This document shows positions 9,573 through 20,489 of a stretch of DNA of 64,000 nucleotides, in pieces (position 1 is the first letter of the stretch; each line of letters begins with the position of its first letter). The DNA is from Candidatus Omnitrophota bacterium (GTDB taxonomy: Bacteria; Omnitrophota; Gorgyraeia; Zapsychrales; Fredricksoniimonadaceae). The stretch is from positions 21,558 through 85,557 of the forward strand of contig CAIOPG010000004.1 of NCBI GenBank assembly GCA_903860135.1, read 5' to 3'. The position numbers were made by a program, and so were the translations under genes. The notes under the pieces are model-generated. The model saw only the letters and a list, made by a program, of their open reading frames with translations, did not search any database and had not been told where the DNA came from.

Positions 9573-10252
9573 TTCTTCGGCCTGTAAAAAAGCTTCCACG
9601 GATTTGCCTTCAGATCCGCTGTCATTTCATCAAGGTTTTTAAAGATAACCGGGTCGCTCAAAAACTTCCCGACAGTCCCCTGCCCGTCTTTGATCGTCCC
9701 GGTTACCGCTGCTATATTGGCCAGCGATGCTCCGAGCGCGGCGGTATTGGCTGCTGTCAGGATGCCGGTATTGATGCCGTTCAACGTTGTTCCGATCTGA
9801 CTGCCCAGCGACCCTACTGTTTTCATCAGGCTTTCCATGGGCACCGGATCCTCGCCCGTTATCGCCGTACCCGGCGGCCAAAGGTCTGGTGAAGAACCAG
9901 GGATGATCTCGATGTACTTCTCGCCCAAAAGCCCCAGCTGGTTGATCATGAAATGCGAATCAACGGGGATGCTGTGCCCCGCCTCGATCCAGATATCGGC
10001 CACAACGGTCGTCACGCGCGTCGCCGGATCGAATCCGGCCTTGATGGCGCGGATATGCCCGGCATCCACACCGGCCAGGCGCACCGGTGCCCCTTTCTTG
10101 AGGCCGTCGGCATAACGGAACAACACCTGCCACGCATCGCCCTTCCTGAAGGCAGAAAAATCGCTGATCGAAAAAATGAACGCGGTCAGGCAGATCAGGG
10201 CCCCTGCCACAAACATCCCCACTTTGACTTCAAGGTTCGACGCACGCGGCAT
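9569..10252 (-). CDS. mlaD: MlaD/MCE family substrate-binding protein
   Basis: N-terminal TM helix, DGLKKGAPVRLAGV, GLLGEKYIEI. Confidence 0.9.
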   Translation of the reverse strand: MPRASNLEVKVGMFVAGALICLTAFIFSISDFSAFRKGDAWQVLFRYADGLKKGAPVRLAGVDAGHIRAIKAGFDPATRVTTVVADIWIEAGHSIPVDSHFMINQLGLLGEKYIEIIPGSSPDLWPPGTAITGEDPVPMESLMKTVGSLGSQIGTTLNGINTGILTAANTAALGASLANIAAVTGTIKDGQGTVGKFLSDPVIFKNLDEMTADLKANPWKLFYRPKK

Positions 10253-10263
10253 TGTCAATCTCC

Positions 10264-11037
10264 TTATTTCACATGCCCGAATTTCAGGCTTTCATCATCC
10301 GTGATCGGGCCTTCAGCTTCACCGTTAATGAACTGGCGAACCACCGGATGCCGCGAAGACCGTATCTCATCAGGTGTCCCGTCGGCAATGACCTGCCCGT
10401 GATAGAACATCGCGATCGAATCCGCGACTTTATAGGCCGTATTCATGTCGTGCGTAACAACGATCGATGTCACTTTCAGCCGGTCCCGCACCCCGATGAT
10501 CAGCTTCTGGATCGCATCAGCTGTGACCGGATCCACCTCGCTCGTCGGTTCATCGTACAAGATGATCTCCGGCTGCATGCACAGCACCCGCGCCAGGCTG
10601 ATGCGCTTGCGCATGCCCCCTGACAACTGGGACGGCATCATGTCCTCGATACCGCTTAACCCCACCAACGACAGCGTATGCGCCACCCTGGCACGCTTTT
10701 CAGCCTCCGTGAGGGCCGTGAACTCATCGAGCACAAACCCCACATTCTCCCCCACATCAAACGAATCAAACAGCGCTCCGTTCTGGAATACCAGCCCGAT
10801 ATGCCGGCGCGCCCTGTTAACCTCAGCCGCCGACGCCTTGGTGACATCGACCCCGCCGATCCGTATGCAACCGCCTTCGGGCTGAATGATCCCGACAATG
10901 CTTTTTAAGAGCACGCTCTTGCCCGCCCCCGAACGGCCGATAACAACCTTCGTCTCACCTGCGCGGACATGCAGGTTCAGTCCGTTGAGGACATGCACTT
11001 TATTGAACGTTTTATAAAGGTCAATGATCTCTATCAT
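10264..11037 (-). CDS. mlaF: MlaF-type ABC ATPase
   Basis: GRSGAGKS, FQNGALFDS, LSGGMRKR. Confidence 0.92.
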   Translation of the reverse strand: MIEIIDLYKTFNKVHVLNGLNLHVRAGETKVVIGRSGAGKSVLLKSIVGIIQPEGGCIRIGGVDVTKASAAEVNRARRHIGLVFQNGALFDSFDVGENVGFVLDEFTALTEAEKRARVAHTLSLVGLSGIEDMMPSQLSGGMRKRISLARVLCMQPEIILYDEPTSEVDPVTADAIQKLIIGVRDRLKVTSIVVTHDMNTAYKVADSIAMFYHGQVIADGTPDEIRSSRHPVVRQFINGEAEGPITDDESLKFGHVK

Positions 11038-11810
11038 CAGGCATTGAACAGAAAATAAAAGATGAAGGTAAACAAACAGTCGAACATCAGGATCAGGACA
11101 AAAGACCGCACCACCGACATGGTCGTGGCCTGGCCAACCCCGTCAGCCCCGCCTTTGACATTAAACCCTTCCAGGCACCCGACCGCCGCGATGATCATGC
11201 CGAAAAACACGGTCTTGGCAAGCCCTGTCACGATATCCTTGACTGCCAAGGAGCTGATCACCATCGTCCAGTACATGTGCGCACTGATCGCCAGCTTGAA
11301 ATGGCAGACCAGGAACCCGCCAAATATCCCGACGAGCACCGCGAAGATCGTAAGCACCGGCAGCATCAAGGCCAGTGACAGAAAGCGCGGCACAACCAGA
11401 TACCTGACCGGATCAACCGCAAACGCCCTGAGGGCATCGATCTGTTCCGTGACAACCATGGAACCGATCTCGGCCGTAATGCCGGCACCGACGCGTCCGG
11501 CCACGATCAGCGCGGTCAAAACCGGCGCCAGTTCACGCGCCAAGGAAACCGCAATAATATTGGGGATGTAGATCTCTGCTGAAAGCTTGATCATGATATA
11601 CGCCAACTGCAAGGCGATGATCATCCCCACAAAGAGCGCCACCAGCGCCACGATCAGGAAACTGCCGGGGCCGGTACGCCAGGCCTGGGCCCAAAAACGG
11701 TACGCGTTAAACGGCGGCGTCAGTGCCGCGCGCACAACAACCCCCAGAAGCAGCGAAAGCTGCCCGGTATAACGTAAAAACCCGTTGACCGCCGCCGTGC
11801 AAGAAACCAT
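11037..11810 (-). CDS. mlaE: MlaE-type ABC permease
   Basis: RELAPVLTALIVAGRVGA, EQIDAL, GVGQATT. Confidence 0.93.
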   Translation of the reverse strand: MVSCTAAVNGFLRYTGQLSLLLGVVVRAALTPPFNAYRFWAQAWRTGPGSFLIVALVALFVGMIIALQLAYIMIKLSAEIYIPNIIAVSLARELAPVLTALIVAGRVGAGITAEIGSMVVTEQIDALRAFAVDPVRYLVVPRFLSLALMLPVLTIFAVLVGIFGGFLVCHFKLAISAHMYWTMVISSLAVKDIVTGLAKTVFFGMIIAAVGCLEGFNVKGGADGVGQATTMSVVRSFVLILMFDCLFTFIFYFLFNA

Positions 11811-11811
11811 C

Positions 11812-14253
11812 TTAGGCCACAAACGTGAGCTTATCATTCTCACGCCTGACCGTGATCCTGCTGCCCGCTTTAAATGTCCCGGCGATCAGTGCCTCGGACA
11901 ATGGATCTTCCATATAACGCTGGATGGTCCTTTTTAAAGGACGCGCACCAAAAACCGGATCAAAACCTTTCTCAATGAGAAAATCGATCGCCTCCTGGTC
12001 GATATCGACCGTGAAACTTTTTTCCGCAAGCCGTTTGGACACCTCGGCGATCTCCAGCTGGATGATGCGCTGAAGATGCTCCTTGGTCAGGGACTTGAAG
12101 ACAATGCTGTCGTCGATACGGTTCAGGAACTCCGGCTTGAACTGACGCTTCACCTCGGCCAGGAGTTTCTCCTTCATTTTCTCATAGGTGTCTTCTTCGG
12201 AACGTGTGGCAAAACCCAGCGACCCCTGCTTACGGATCATGTCCACACCGATATTGGACGTCATGATGATGATTGTATTGCGGAAATCGACCGTACGGCC
12301 GAGGCTGTCTGTAAGGCGACCCTCTTCAAAGACCTGCAAGAGGATATTAAACACATCCGCATGCGCCTTCTCGATCTCATCAAGGAGGATCACGGAATAC
12401 GGCCGGCGGCGGACCTTCTCGGTCAGCTGGCCGCCTTCTTCATAACCCACATACCCCGGCGGAGCGCCCACAAGGCGCGACACATTGTACTTGTCCATGT
12501 ACTCGGACATATCGATCTGGATCAGCGCTTTTTCATCCCCGAACATGAATTCTGAAAGCTCCCGTGCCAGTAACGTTTTTCCAACCCCTGTCGGCCCCAG
12601 AAAAATGAAAGACCCGATAGGCCGGCGCGGATTCTTGATCCCGGCGCGTGAACGGCGCACGGCACGGGCAATGGCATTGATCGCCTCGGTCTGCCCGATC
12701 ACTTCCTTGTCCAGGTGCTGTTCCATGTTCAGCAAACGCTCGCTCTCTTTTTCTTCAAGGCGAATGAGCGGCACGCCGGTCCACTGGGAAACAACCCGGG
12801 CAATATCTTCCTCGTTGATCGTCAACGACACACTGTCACGCCCGGCAACCCATTCAACACGGCGCTTTTCGAGGGCATCGCGCACCGTACGCTCCTGATC
12901 GCGCAGGCTCGCCGCTTTCTCGAAATCCTGACGCTTGATGAAACTTTCCTTCTCCTGGCGCAGCTTCTCGATATCCTCTTCCATCTGTTTGATATCCACC
13001 GGTGCCACCATGGCCTTGAGGCGCGCGCAGGCGCCTGCCTCGTCGATGATATCCACCGCCTTGTCCGGGAGGAAACGCCCGGAGATATAACGGTCGGACA
13101 ATTTCGCCGCCGCCTCGAGCGAAACGTCGGAATACTTGACGCGGTGATGCGCTTCATACTTGTCGCGCAAACCCTTAAGGATCTGGATCGTTTCATCCAC
13201 CGATGGCGGAAGAACCATGATCGTCTGAAAACGCCGCTCGAGCGCGGCATCTTTCTCAATGTTCTTGCGGTACTCGTCGAGCGTTGTGGCACCGATGCAC
13301 TGGATCTCGCCGCGCGCTAACGCCGGCTTTAAAATATTGGCCGCATCGATAGCCCCCTCGGCCGCCCCTGCCCCTACGAGAGTATGAATTTCGTCAATGA
13401 AAAGGATCAGCTTGCCGTTGCGCTTCAGTTCTTCCATGACCGCCTTGATGCGCTCTTCAAACTGCCCGCGGTATTTGGTGCCCGCGATCATCATGGCAAG
13501 GTCAAGGACAACGATCGTTTTCTCACGCAAGATCTCCGGGACATCACAGGCCACGATGAGCTGGGCCAATCCCTCGACGATCGCCGTCTTGCCGATACCC
13601 GCTTCACCAAGCAGGACCGGATTGTTCTTGGTACGGCGGGAAAGGACCTGGATCACGCGCTCGATCTCGTTCTTGCGCCCGATGACAGGATCAAGCTTGC
13701 CTTCTTTGGCCTGCTTGTTGAGATTGCGTCCGTAGGCGTCAATGGCAGGCGTCTTGCTGGCAGGTTTTCCGGCCTGCTCCGGTGGCTGTTGCGGCTGCTG
13801 ACCGTAACCGGGAATGCCGTTGCCCAGAAGTTCCATAACTTCATTGCGCAGTTTTCCAAGGTCAAGCCCGAGATTCAACAGCACCCGATAGGCCATCCCC
13901 TCGCCTTCCTTGACAAGGCCCAGGAGCAGATGTTCAGTCCCGATATAATTGTGACCAAGGGCGCGCGCTTCCTCGGCGGCCAACTCCAGCGCTTTCTTGG
14001 ACCGCGGCGTGAACGGAATATCCCCGACAACCTGCGTCTGCGGCCCAGGCTGGACCAGTTTCTCGACCTCGATGCGGATAGCTTCCAGGTCAACCCCCAG
14101 CTTCTGCAAGACCGACGCGGCGACCCCTTCCCCCTCACGGATCAATCCGAGCAATAAATGTTCGGTACCAATATAATCATGATTAAAACGACGGGCCTCT
14201 TCCTTGGCGAAAACAATGACCTTGCGTGCGCGCTCCGTAAAACGATTGAACAT
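11812..14253 (-). CDS. clpC: ATP-dependent Clp protease ATPase subunit ClpC
   Basis: Two ClpN repeats, two AAA+ modules ([16 protein letters not shown]), UVR middle domain, LGF ClpP-binding loop. Confidence 0.97.
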   Translation of the reverse strand: MFNRFTERARKVIVFAKEEARRFNHDYIGTEHLLLGLIREGEGVAASVLQKLGVDLEAIRIEVEKLVQPGPQTQVVGDIPFTPRSKKALELAAEEARALGHNYIGTEHLLLGLVKEGEGMAYRVLLNLGLDLGKLRNEVMELLGNGIPGYGQQPQQPPEQAGKPASKTPAIDAYGRNLNKQAKEGKLDPVIGRKNEIERVIQVLSRRTKNNPVLLGEAGIGKTAIVEGLAQLIVACDVPEILREKTIVVLDLAMMIAGTKYRGQFEERIKAVMEELKRNGKLILFIDEIHTLVGAGAAEGAIDAANILKPALARGEIQCIGATTLDEYRKNIEKDAALERRFQTIMVLPPSVDETIQILKGLRDKYEAHHRVKYSDVSLEAAAKLSDRYISGRFLPDKAVDIIDEAGACARLKAMVAPVDIKQMEEDIEKLRQEKESFIKRQDFEKAASLRDQERTVRDALEKRRVEWVAGRDSVSLTINEEDIARVVSQWTGVPLIRLEEKESERLLNMEQHLDKEVIGQTEAINAIARAVRRSRAGIKNPRRPIGSFIFLGPTGVGKTLLARELSEFMFGDEKALIQIDMSEYMDKYNVSRLVGAPPGYVGYEEGGQLTEKVRRRPYSVILLDEIEKAHADVFNILLQVFEEGRLTDSLGRTVDFRNTIIIMTSNIGVDMIRKQGSLGFATRSEEDTYEKMKEKLLAEVKRQFKPEFLNRIDDSIVFKSLTKEHLQRIIQLEIAEVSKRLAEKSFTVDIDQEAIDFLIEKGFDPVFGARPLKRTIQRYMEDPLSEALIAGTFKAGSRITVRRENDKLTFVA

Positions 14254-14291
14254 ATATCCTCCTCATCAAGAACTGCTTGGTGTGATAGGCC

Positions 14292-15344
14292 TTAAGCTGC
14301 CTGGAATTTCTCACGGATCAACTGGGCCCGCCGGATATCACGCTCGGCGGCTCCCAGTTTCTTGCCGTCGATCTTTTGCAAATGTGCCGGCTGGATCATG
14401 ATAAAAAGCTCATTGAGTGTTGTGGTGGCCAAAGCCGTGATGATACCGACATCAACCCCAAGCCTGACGATCGACAAAAGCTCGATCGTCTCCTGGCTGG
14501 AAATGATCCGCGCGCTTTTGAGGACCCCCCAGGCTCGCCAGATCTTGTCCTCAAGGGCGGAACGGTTTTGCACCAGAAGGGCCTGACGCGCCTGCTCCTC
14601 CTGCTCAATGATCTGACGGATCAAGCCGTTGATATTCTGGATAATATCCGTCTCGCTGTGCCCCAGCGATACCTGATTGGATATCTGATAAAAATTACCA
14701 ATGGCCTGGGTGCCCTCGCCGTAAAAACCGCGCGACGCAAAACTCAGCTTCGCGATCGCCGCTAAAACCTTGTTGATCTGGCGGGTCATGACCAACGCCG
14801 GCAGATGCATCATGACAGATCCGCGCATCGCCGTCCCCGTGTTGGTCGGGCAGGCGGTCAGGAAGCCCCACTCCGGCGAGAAAGCATAAGGCAACTGCTC
14901 TGAAAGCGCATTGTCGACCGCATTCATGATCTCCCACGTCCCGTCGAGGTTAAAGCCGGATTGCATCACCTGTATGCGCAGGTGATCCTCTTCATTGACC
15001 ATCACCGACAGCGCCTCTTCGGGGCTCACGATCACAGCCTTGCCCTGGGGACTGGCCGCATGGTCATGGCTCATCAGATGCCGCTCGACAAGGAACTGAC
15101 GGCCCACGTTATCAAGCTCGTTCAGGCGAAAGAAAACAGATCCCTTGAACTGGTCAATAGAGCCGATGGCTGTTTCGACAGCTTTCAGTACCGCCTCCAT
15201 ATCCTTCTTGCCCGCCTTGTTGGTGAAAGGTGCCAGCGTCAGGTTCCTCGCCAGGCGGATGCGTGAAGAAAGCACAATATGCCCGAAGGGGCCTGTCCCC
15301 TTCAACCATTCCCCGGTGTGATGTATCAGGTCATTGAGCTCCAT
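14292..15344 (-). CDS. mcsB: Protein arginine kinase McsB
   Basis: SSRIRLARN, VNEEDHLR, LTACPTNTGT, YQISNQ. Confidence 0.96.
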   Translation of the reverse strand: MELNDLIHHTGEWLKGTGPFGHIVLSSRIRLARNLTLAPFTNKAGKKDMEAVLKAVETAIGSIDQFKGSVFFRLNELDNVGRQFLVERHLMSHDHAASPQGKAVIVSPEEALSVMVNEEDHLRIQVMQSGFNLDGTWEIMNAVDNALSEQLPYAFSPEWGFLTACPTNTGTAMRGSVMMHLPALVMTRQINKVLAAIAKLSFASRGFYGEGTQAIGNFYQISNQVSLGHSETDIIQNINGLIRQIIEQEEQARQALLVQNRSALEDKIWRAWGVLKSARIISSQETIELLSIVRLGVDVGIITALATTTLNELFIMIQPAHLQKIDGKKLGAAERDIRRAQLIREKFQAA

Positions 15345-15347
15345 GGG

Positions 15348-15884
15348 TCAAGACCTCCCTTCCATGCCGTAGATCTTGTCACGCAAAGAAGCTGCCTGTT
15401 CAAAATCCTCGTGCACGATCGCCGCCTGCAACTTGGCACGCAAAGACTCAACAGTATCTTCCTGTGGTGGCGGCGCAACATCACCCGGCAAGGAGGGCTG
15501 AGGCACGGCAACCAAGGATATTTCCCGAGACGGGCGTTTGCCCAGATGAACACTCGCCCCGTGGATCTTTTTCAAAAGTGCCTTGAGCTGGGCCTTGAAC
15601 GCGACATAACACTGCGCGCACCCAAAACGCCCGAACTTGCGAAAATCCTCATACGTCAAGCCGCACGCGGCACACTTGAGCACGGACACCGCCTGCTGGA
15701 CATCAGGCACATGTTTGCCAAAATCCGTCAACCCCGCCAGGAGATCCGCGAGGCCAAACTGCTGTTCCATCTGCTGGCTCTGCGCACGGGCACAATCCTC
15801 GCACAGATGCATTTCCATGACCTTGCCGTCGATGATCTCGGTCAGGTGAACAGTGGCTTTCTTGGTGCATTTATTGCATTTCAT
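15348..15884 (-). CDS. mcsA: McsA (CxxC zinc fingers plus UVR domain)
   Basis: Four CxxC motifs, GRFGCAQCY, EDFEQAASLRD. Confidence 0.95.
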   Translation of the reverse strand: MKCNKCTKKATVHLTEIIDGKVMEMHLCEDCARAQSQQMEQQFGLADLLAGLTDFGKHVPDVQQAVSVLKCAACGLTYEDFRKFGRFGCAQCYVAFKAQLKALLKKIHGASVHLGKRPSREISLVAVPQPSLPGDVAPPPQEDTVESLRAKLQAAIVHEDFEQAASLRDKIYGMEGRS

Positions 15885-15932
15885 CGCTGTCAACGGAGCC
15901 CGGAAAATCCAGCGCCCCGCTCCTGACACAGG

Positions 15933-16805
15933 TTAAAATTTCACGCCATCCTTGCGCACCGCCTGCTGAAATAATCCCAAAAGCCTGAGCGTAACCGGCC
16001 CGGGTTTACCCGATCCGATCACACGGCCGTCGATCTTGACGACCGGGATCAACTCCGCCGCGGTGCCTGTCAGGAAAACCTCTTCGGCATTGTAAAACTC
16101 ATGCCGGGTGATCAACGCCTCCTGCACATCCAGTTTTAAAACATCCGCCGCCAGCTCCATGACCGCATCGCGCGTGATCCCCCGCAGCCGCCCCTGTACC
16201 GGCGTCTTCAACATACCGCCCTTGACCATGAAAATATTGTCGCCCGTGCACTCGGCCACATAACCACTGCCGTCGAGCATGATCGCTTCGGGCACCCCCG
16301 CATTATTCGCCTCGATCTTGGCGAGGACATTGTTCAAATAATTAAGCGACTTGAGCTGCGGATTGATCGCCTCGGGATGATTGCGCACCGTCGGCACGGT
16401 CACGATCGTCAAACCGGCTTTGTAAAATTCCTCGGGATACAAGGTGATATTGTCGGCGATGATAATGATATTGGCAGAGCCGCGGCATTTGCGCGGGTCA
16501 AGGCCTAGATCCCCGTCGCCGCGCGTCACGACCAGGCGAACATAAGCATCGGTCAGGTTGTTCGCCTTAAGCGTTGCCACGACCGCCTCGATCATCTCCT
16601 GTTTGGTCAACCCTGTATTGATAAGCAAGGTATGGCACGTTTCATACAGCCGGTCAATGTGCTGGGCCAGGCGGAAAACCACACTGCCATAAGCACGGAT
16701 CCCCTCAAAAGCACCATCACCATACAAAAGCCCGTGGTCATAGACCGACACTTTCGCATCTTCCCTGGCCACCAGTTTTCCATTCAGATAAATCTTGAGC
16801 GACAT
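15933..16805 (-). CDS. ilvE: Branched-chain amino acid aminotransferase
   Basis: [39 protein letters not shown]. Confidence 0.95.
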   Translation of the reverse strand: MSLKIYLNGKLVAREDAKVSVYDHGLLYGDGAFEGIRAYGSVVFRLAQHIDRLYETCHTLLINTGLTKQEMIEAVVATLKANNLTDAYVRLVVTRGDGDLGLDPRKCRGSANIIIIADNITLYPEEFYKAGLTIVTVPTVRNHPEAINPQLKSLNYLNNVLAKIEANNAGVPEAIMLDGSGYVAECTGDNIFMVKGGMLKTPVQGRLRGITRDAVMELAADVLKLDVQEALITRHEFYNAEEVFLTGTAAELIPVVKIDGRVIGSGKPGPVTLRLLGLFQQAVRKDGVKF

Positions 16806-16863
16806 ACGAAACACCCCTTGTTTTGAGTGATGATTATAAGCGCGAAGCCCTTTTATGGGCAGA

Positions 16864-17541
16864 CTATTTAACTTTTGTGAGCAAGCCGTCCCGCATATGG
16901 ACAATGCGCCCGCAACGGGCCGCCACCGCCTCGTCATGCGTCACAATAACGACCGCCTGGCCGTCGGTGTGTATGCCGAGGATAATGTCGATCACGTTGG
17001 CTCCCGAGGCCGAATCAAGATTCCCGGTCGGCTCATCGCACAAAAGCACCCGCGGCCTGTTGATAACCGCCCGCGCAATGGCCACGCGCTGCTGCTCTCC
17101 GCCTGAAAGCTGGCTCGGCTTGTGCGACGCGCGCTCGGCCAAGCCGACCCGCGCCAGTGCCGCCCGCCCGGCCTCTTCGAGCGCACCTATCCGGCCACGC
17201 CCCTGACGGACAAACGCCGGCAGGAGGACATTCTCAAGGGCCGTGAATTCCGGCAATAAATGATAAAACTGGAACACAAACCCTATATCGCGATTACGCA
17301 AGGCCACCCGCCCCGCATCACCGGCCGCATAAAGATCCTGGCCGCCCAACAGCACCGCTCCGGCATCGGGTGCATCGAGCCCGCCGAGCACATGCAACAA
17401 GGTCGACTTACCCGCCCCCGAAGGGCCGACGATCGCCACCGACGCGCCTTCAGCGACTTCAAGCCCGACCCCACGCAAGACATCAACGCGCTTTTGCGTG
17501 TCCGTGTAAGACTTGTGAATGTTTTCCGCCTTTAAGAGCAT
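16864..17541 (-). CDS. lolD: Lipoprotein-releasing ABC ATPase
   Basis: [37 protein letters not shown]; follows a lolC/E gene. Confidence 0.92.
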   Translation of the reverse strand: MLLKAENIHKSYTDTQKRVDVLRGVGLEVAEGASVAIVGPSGAGKSTLLHVLGGLDAPDAGAVLLGGQDLYAAGDAGRVALRNRDIGFVFQFYHLLPEFTALENVLLPAFVRQGRGRIGALEEAGRAALARVGLAERASHKPSQLSGGEQQRVAIARAVINRPRVLLCDEPTGNLDSASGANVIDIILGIHTDGQAVVIVTHDEAVAARCGRIVHMRDGLLTKVK

Positions 17542-18744
17542 TTACTGGTACCTCAAGGCTTCAACCGGTTCGAGTGACGCCGCCCGCGCTGACGGATAAA
17601 GGGTCGCCAGATAACTGATCAGCATGGCACTCGCCGTAATGGCAAAGACATCACTGAACTGGATCAACACCGGTAAATGGTCAATGTAATAAACCGTCTG
17701 CGGCAACTTGATGAGCTCTGTTTCTTTCAGGATAAAGCAAAGCCCCATCCCGCCGCCAAGCCCCAGCAGGGTGCCGAATGTCCCGATGGTGAGGCCGTAG
17801 ATCGTGAAGATCCGCCGGATCGACGCCGCAGGAACTCCGACCGCCTTCAAAATTCCGATATCTTTGGTCTTGGTGGTCACCGTCACAATAAGCGTGCTGA
17901 TGATGTTAAACGACGCCACCAGCACGATCAGGATCAGGATAACGAACATCGCTACTTTTTCCAGCTTGAGCGCCGCAAAGAAATTCACATTCTGCTCGAT
18001 CCAGGTCCGCACCACATAACTGAACCCGATCTGTTTGACGATCGCCTCTTTGACCGCTGGCGCCGCATCCACATCATCAAGTTTAACCGCGATCCCCGAC
18101 ACCAGTTCCGGCGGAAGGCTGAAGATTTCCTGGGCCTTCCTGTAATGGACAAAGATCAAATTGCGATCATAATCATACATACCCGAATCAAAGATAGCCG
18201 CCACTTTCAGTTTATACCGCCACCCCGCGCCCGCCACACCTGACACCGGCGAAAGGAGTGCGATCATATCGCCCGGCTTCAGATCATAATACCGCGCCAA
18301 TTCCCGCCCGATAATGACATCATCCTTGCCAAGCTGGGCCACCGCATAGTCATCTTGCAGATAGGCATTGATCCGCGTCACAACGCCTTCGGCCGCTGGG
18401 TCAACGCCGCGCAGTAAAAGCCCCGAAGCCCGACTGCCGTATTCGAGGAACACATTGCCATTGATAAACGGTGCCGCCGCCGCAACGCCCTTGACCTGCC
18501 TGATCTTCACCGCCAGTGCCGCATAATCCTTGATACCGGATTCCCGGTCAACCACAATATGCGCGGTCGTCCCGACAATTTTCTCCTTCAGGTCATGATC
18601 AAACCCCGTCATGACCCCGATCACGACGATCAAGGCCGCCACCCCGATAGCGATCCCCAGGATCGACACCCAGTTGATGAGCAAAAGGAACTTGTCCTTT
18701 TTGGCGATCAGGTACCTGTAGGCGATCCAAAATTCATAGGGCAT
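17542..18744 (-). CDS. lolC: Lipoprotein-releasing ABC permease LolC/E
   Basis: GIAIGVAALIVVIGVMTGF, ASFNIISTL, YYIDHLPV, ATLYP..RAA...PVEALRY. Confidence 0.92.
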   Translation of the reverse strand: MPYEFWIAYRYLIAKKDKFLLLINWVSILGIAIGVAALIVVIGVMTGFDHDLKEKIVGTTAHIVVDRESGIKDYAALAVKIRQVKGVAAAAPFINGNVFLEYGSRASGLLLRGVDPAAEGVVTRINAYLQDDYAVAQLGKDDVIIGRELARYYDLKPGDMIALLSPVSGVAGAGWRYKLKVAAIFDSGMYDYDRNLIFVHYRKAQEIFSLPPELVSGIAVKLDDVDAAPAVKEAIVKQIGFSYVVRTWIEQNVNFFAALKLEKVAMFVILILIVLVASFNIISTLIVTVTTKTKDIGILKAVGVPAASIRRIFTIYGLTIGTFGTLLGLGGGMGLCFILKETELIKLPQTVYYIDHLPVLIQFSDVFAITASAMLISYLATLYPSARAASLEPVEALRYQ

Positions 18745-18753
18745 AGTTAACGG

Positions 18754-20196
18754 TTATTCTATTGGTTTCATTAATGGAAACAAAATAACATCCCGGATAC
18801 ACGCTGAATCTGTCAACAGCATGACCAAGCGGTCAATGCCGATGCCCAAACCGCCCGCCGGTGGCATGCCGTATTCGAGCGCCCGCACAAAATCTTCATC
18901 GATATTGCGCAGGCCCGTTTCGGTATCATCCTGAAGGTCTTCGAGCAAGCGCTCACGTTGTTCCGCCGGATCATTCAACTCGGAATACGCATTGCCCACT
19001 TCCATGCCGGCAATAAAGAATTCAAACCGCTTCGACAACGCCGGATTCGCCGGATCGGTCTTGGCCAGCGGGCACAGGAAGGTGAAATAATCCGTAAAGA
19101 ACACCGGGTCCATCGTTGCATCCTCATCAAGAACTTCCTCGACGATCTTCATGATCGCCGATTTGGTCAGCTTCGCCACCTTATAATTTCCCGGGCGTTT
19201 GGCCTTGACCTTGTCAAGCATCACCACCGCAGAATCGTCAGGATTAATATCGAATTTGTCTTTCACAAGCCCGGCGAAACTCACCCGCTTCCATGGCGTC
19301 GTAAAATCAATGATATGCCCCTGGTACGGCACCTTGTAATCACCCGTAACCTCTTTGGCCAGCGTGCTCACCAGCGTCTCGGTGATATGCATCATGTCCT
19401 GCATATCGCCGTAGGCCTGATAAAGCTCGAGCATGGTGAACTCAGGATTATGCCGCGTCGATACGCCTTCATTGCGAAAATTGCGGTTGATCTCATACAC
19501 GCGTTCCAGCCCGCCAACAAGCAGGCGCTTCAGATAAAGCTCCGGCGCAATGCGCAGGAACACATCCATGTCATAAGCATTATGCTTCGACTGAAACGGC
19601 CGCCCGCGCGCCCCGCCTGCCTGGGTCTGCAACATGGGCGTTTCAACCTCGATGAAGCCTTGGGTATCCAGAAAATTACGGATCCGCGATACAATCCGAC
19701 TGCGGCGGATAAAGACATCGCGCACACTGTCACTGGCGATCAAGTCCACATAACGCTGGCGGTAACGGATATCAATATCCTTCAACCCATGCCATTTATC
19801 CGGCAGTGTTGCCAGCGATTTCGACAGGACCGTCAGCTTCTCGACGCGCAAACTCTGCTGACCCATCTTCGTCGTAAAAAGCACACCTTCGACACCAATG
19901 ATATCGCCGATATCGATCAGCTTAAATACCGCCCACTGTTCCCCCAGCACCGCTTCTTTAAAAAACAACTGCATCCGCCCCGTGCGGTCCATCAGGTCAC
20001 CGAAGAACACCTTCCCGTGATCACGCAACGCCATGAGCCGCCCCGCGAGCAAGGCATGCTTTTCTTCCGCAAATGCCGCGAGCACCTCGGCCACCGGCTC
20101 AACCCCATCAAACCGCCCGCCATAAGGCGCTATCCCTTTAGCCTTTAACGCATCCCGCTTGTCCATGCGAATTTTCTTGATCTCATCAACTTCCAC
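18754..20196 (-). CDS. lysS: Lysyl-tRNA synthetase (class II)
   Basis: RYRQRYVDL, LRIAPELYLKRL, FRNEG, HNPEFTMLE, GLGIGIDRL. Confidence 0.98.
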   Translation of the reverse strand: MEVDEIKKIRMDKRDALKAKGIAPYGGRFDGVEPVAEVLAAFAEEKHALLAGRLMALRDHGKVFFGDLMDRTGRMQLFFKEAVLGEQWAVFKLIDIGDIIGVEGVLFTTKMGQQSLRVEKLTVLSKSLATLPDKWHGLKDIDIRYRQRYVDLIASDSVRDVFIRRSRIVSRIRNFLDTQGFIEVETPMLQTQAGGARGRPFQSKHNAYDMDVFLRIAPELYLKRLLVGGLERVYEINRNFRNEGVSTRHNPEFTMLELYQAYGDMQDMMHITETLVSTLAKEVTGDYKVPYQGHIIDFTTPWKRVSFAGLVKDKFDINPDDSAVVMLDKVKAKRPGNYKVAKLTKSAIMKIVEEVLDEDATMDPVFFTDYFTFLCPLAKTDPANPALSKRFEFFIAGMEVGNAYSELNDPAEQRERLLEDLQDDTETGLRNIDEDFVRALEYGMPPAGGLGIGIDRLVMLLTDSACIRDVILFPLMKPIE

Positions 20197-20245
20197 AAAC
20201 CCTGCCTCTTTATTAGATTAAGAATATAATTATTTAGAAGGGTTT

Positions 20246-20274
20246 ATTATAAGGAAAATACAGGAGGGTGTCAA
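20246..20274 (-). promoter_or_regulatory. Consensus sigma70 promoter of the lysS operon
   Basis: TTGACA-17 bp-TATAAT on the minus strand, 50 bp upstream of the lysS start. Confidence 0.85.
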
Positions 20275-20373
20275 AGCGGTTTTTAAAACAGGTGATTGCT
20301 ACAAATCGCGGGCAGGGAAAGGGTTTTAAGCGAAAGATGCGGACACGCTGTTTTAACCCTTCAAAACCTTGAA

Positions 20374-20393
20374 AAACCGGGACACATTATTTT
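20374..20393. repeat. 20-bp direct repeat, copy 1
   Basis: AAACCGGGACACATTATTTT; 18/20 identical to 21265-21284. Confidence 0.8.
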
Positions 20394-20489
20394 GACTGTG
20401 GCCTAAAAGGGCGCAATGTTATTCCATTTAACAAATAAAAATGAACATGAAATGCCTTGTGGTATACTTAAATAATGAAAGGAAACCTT

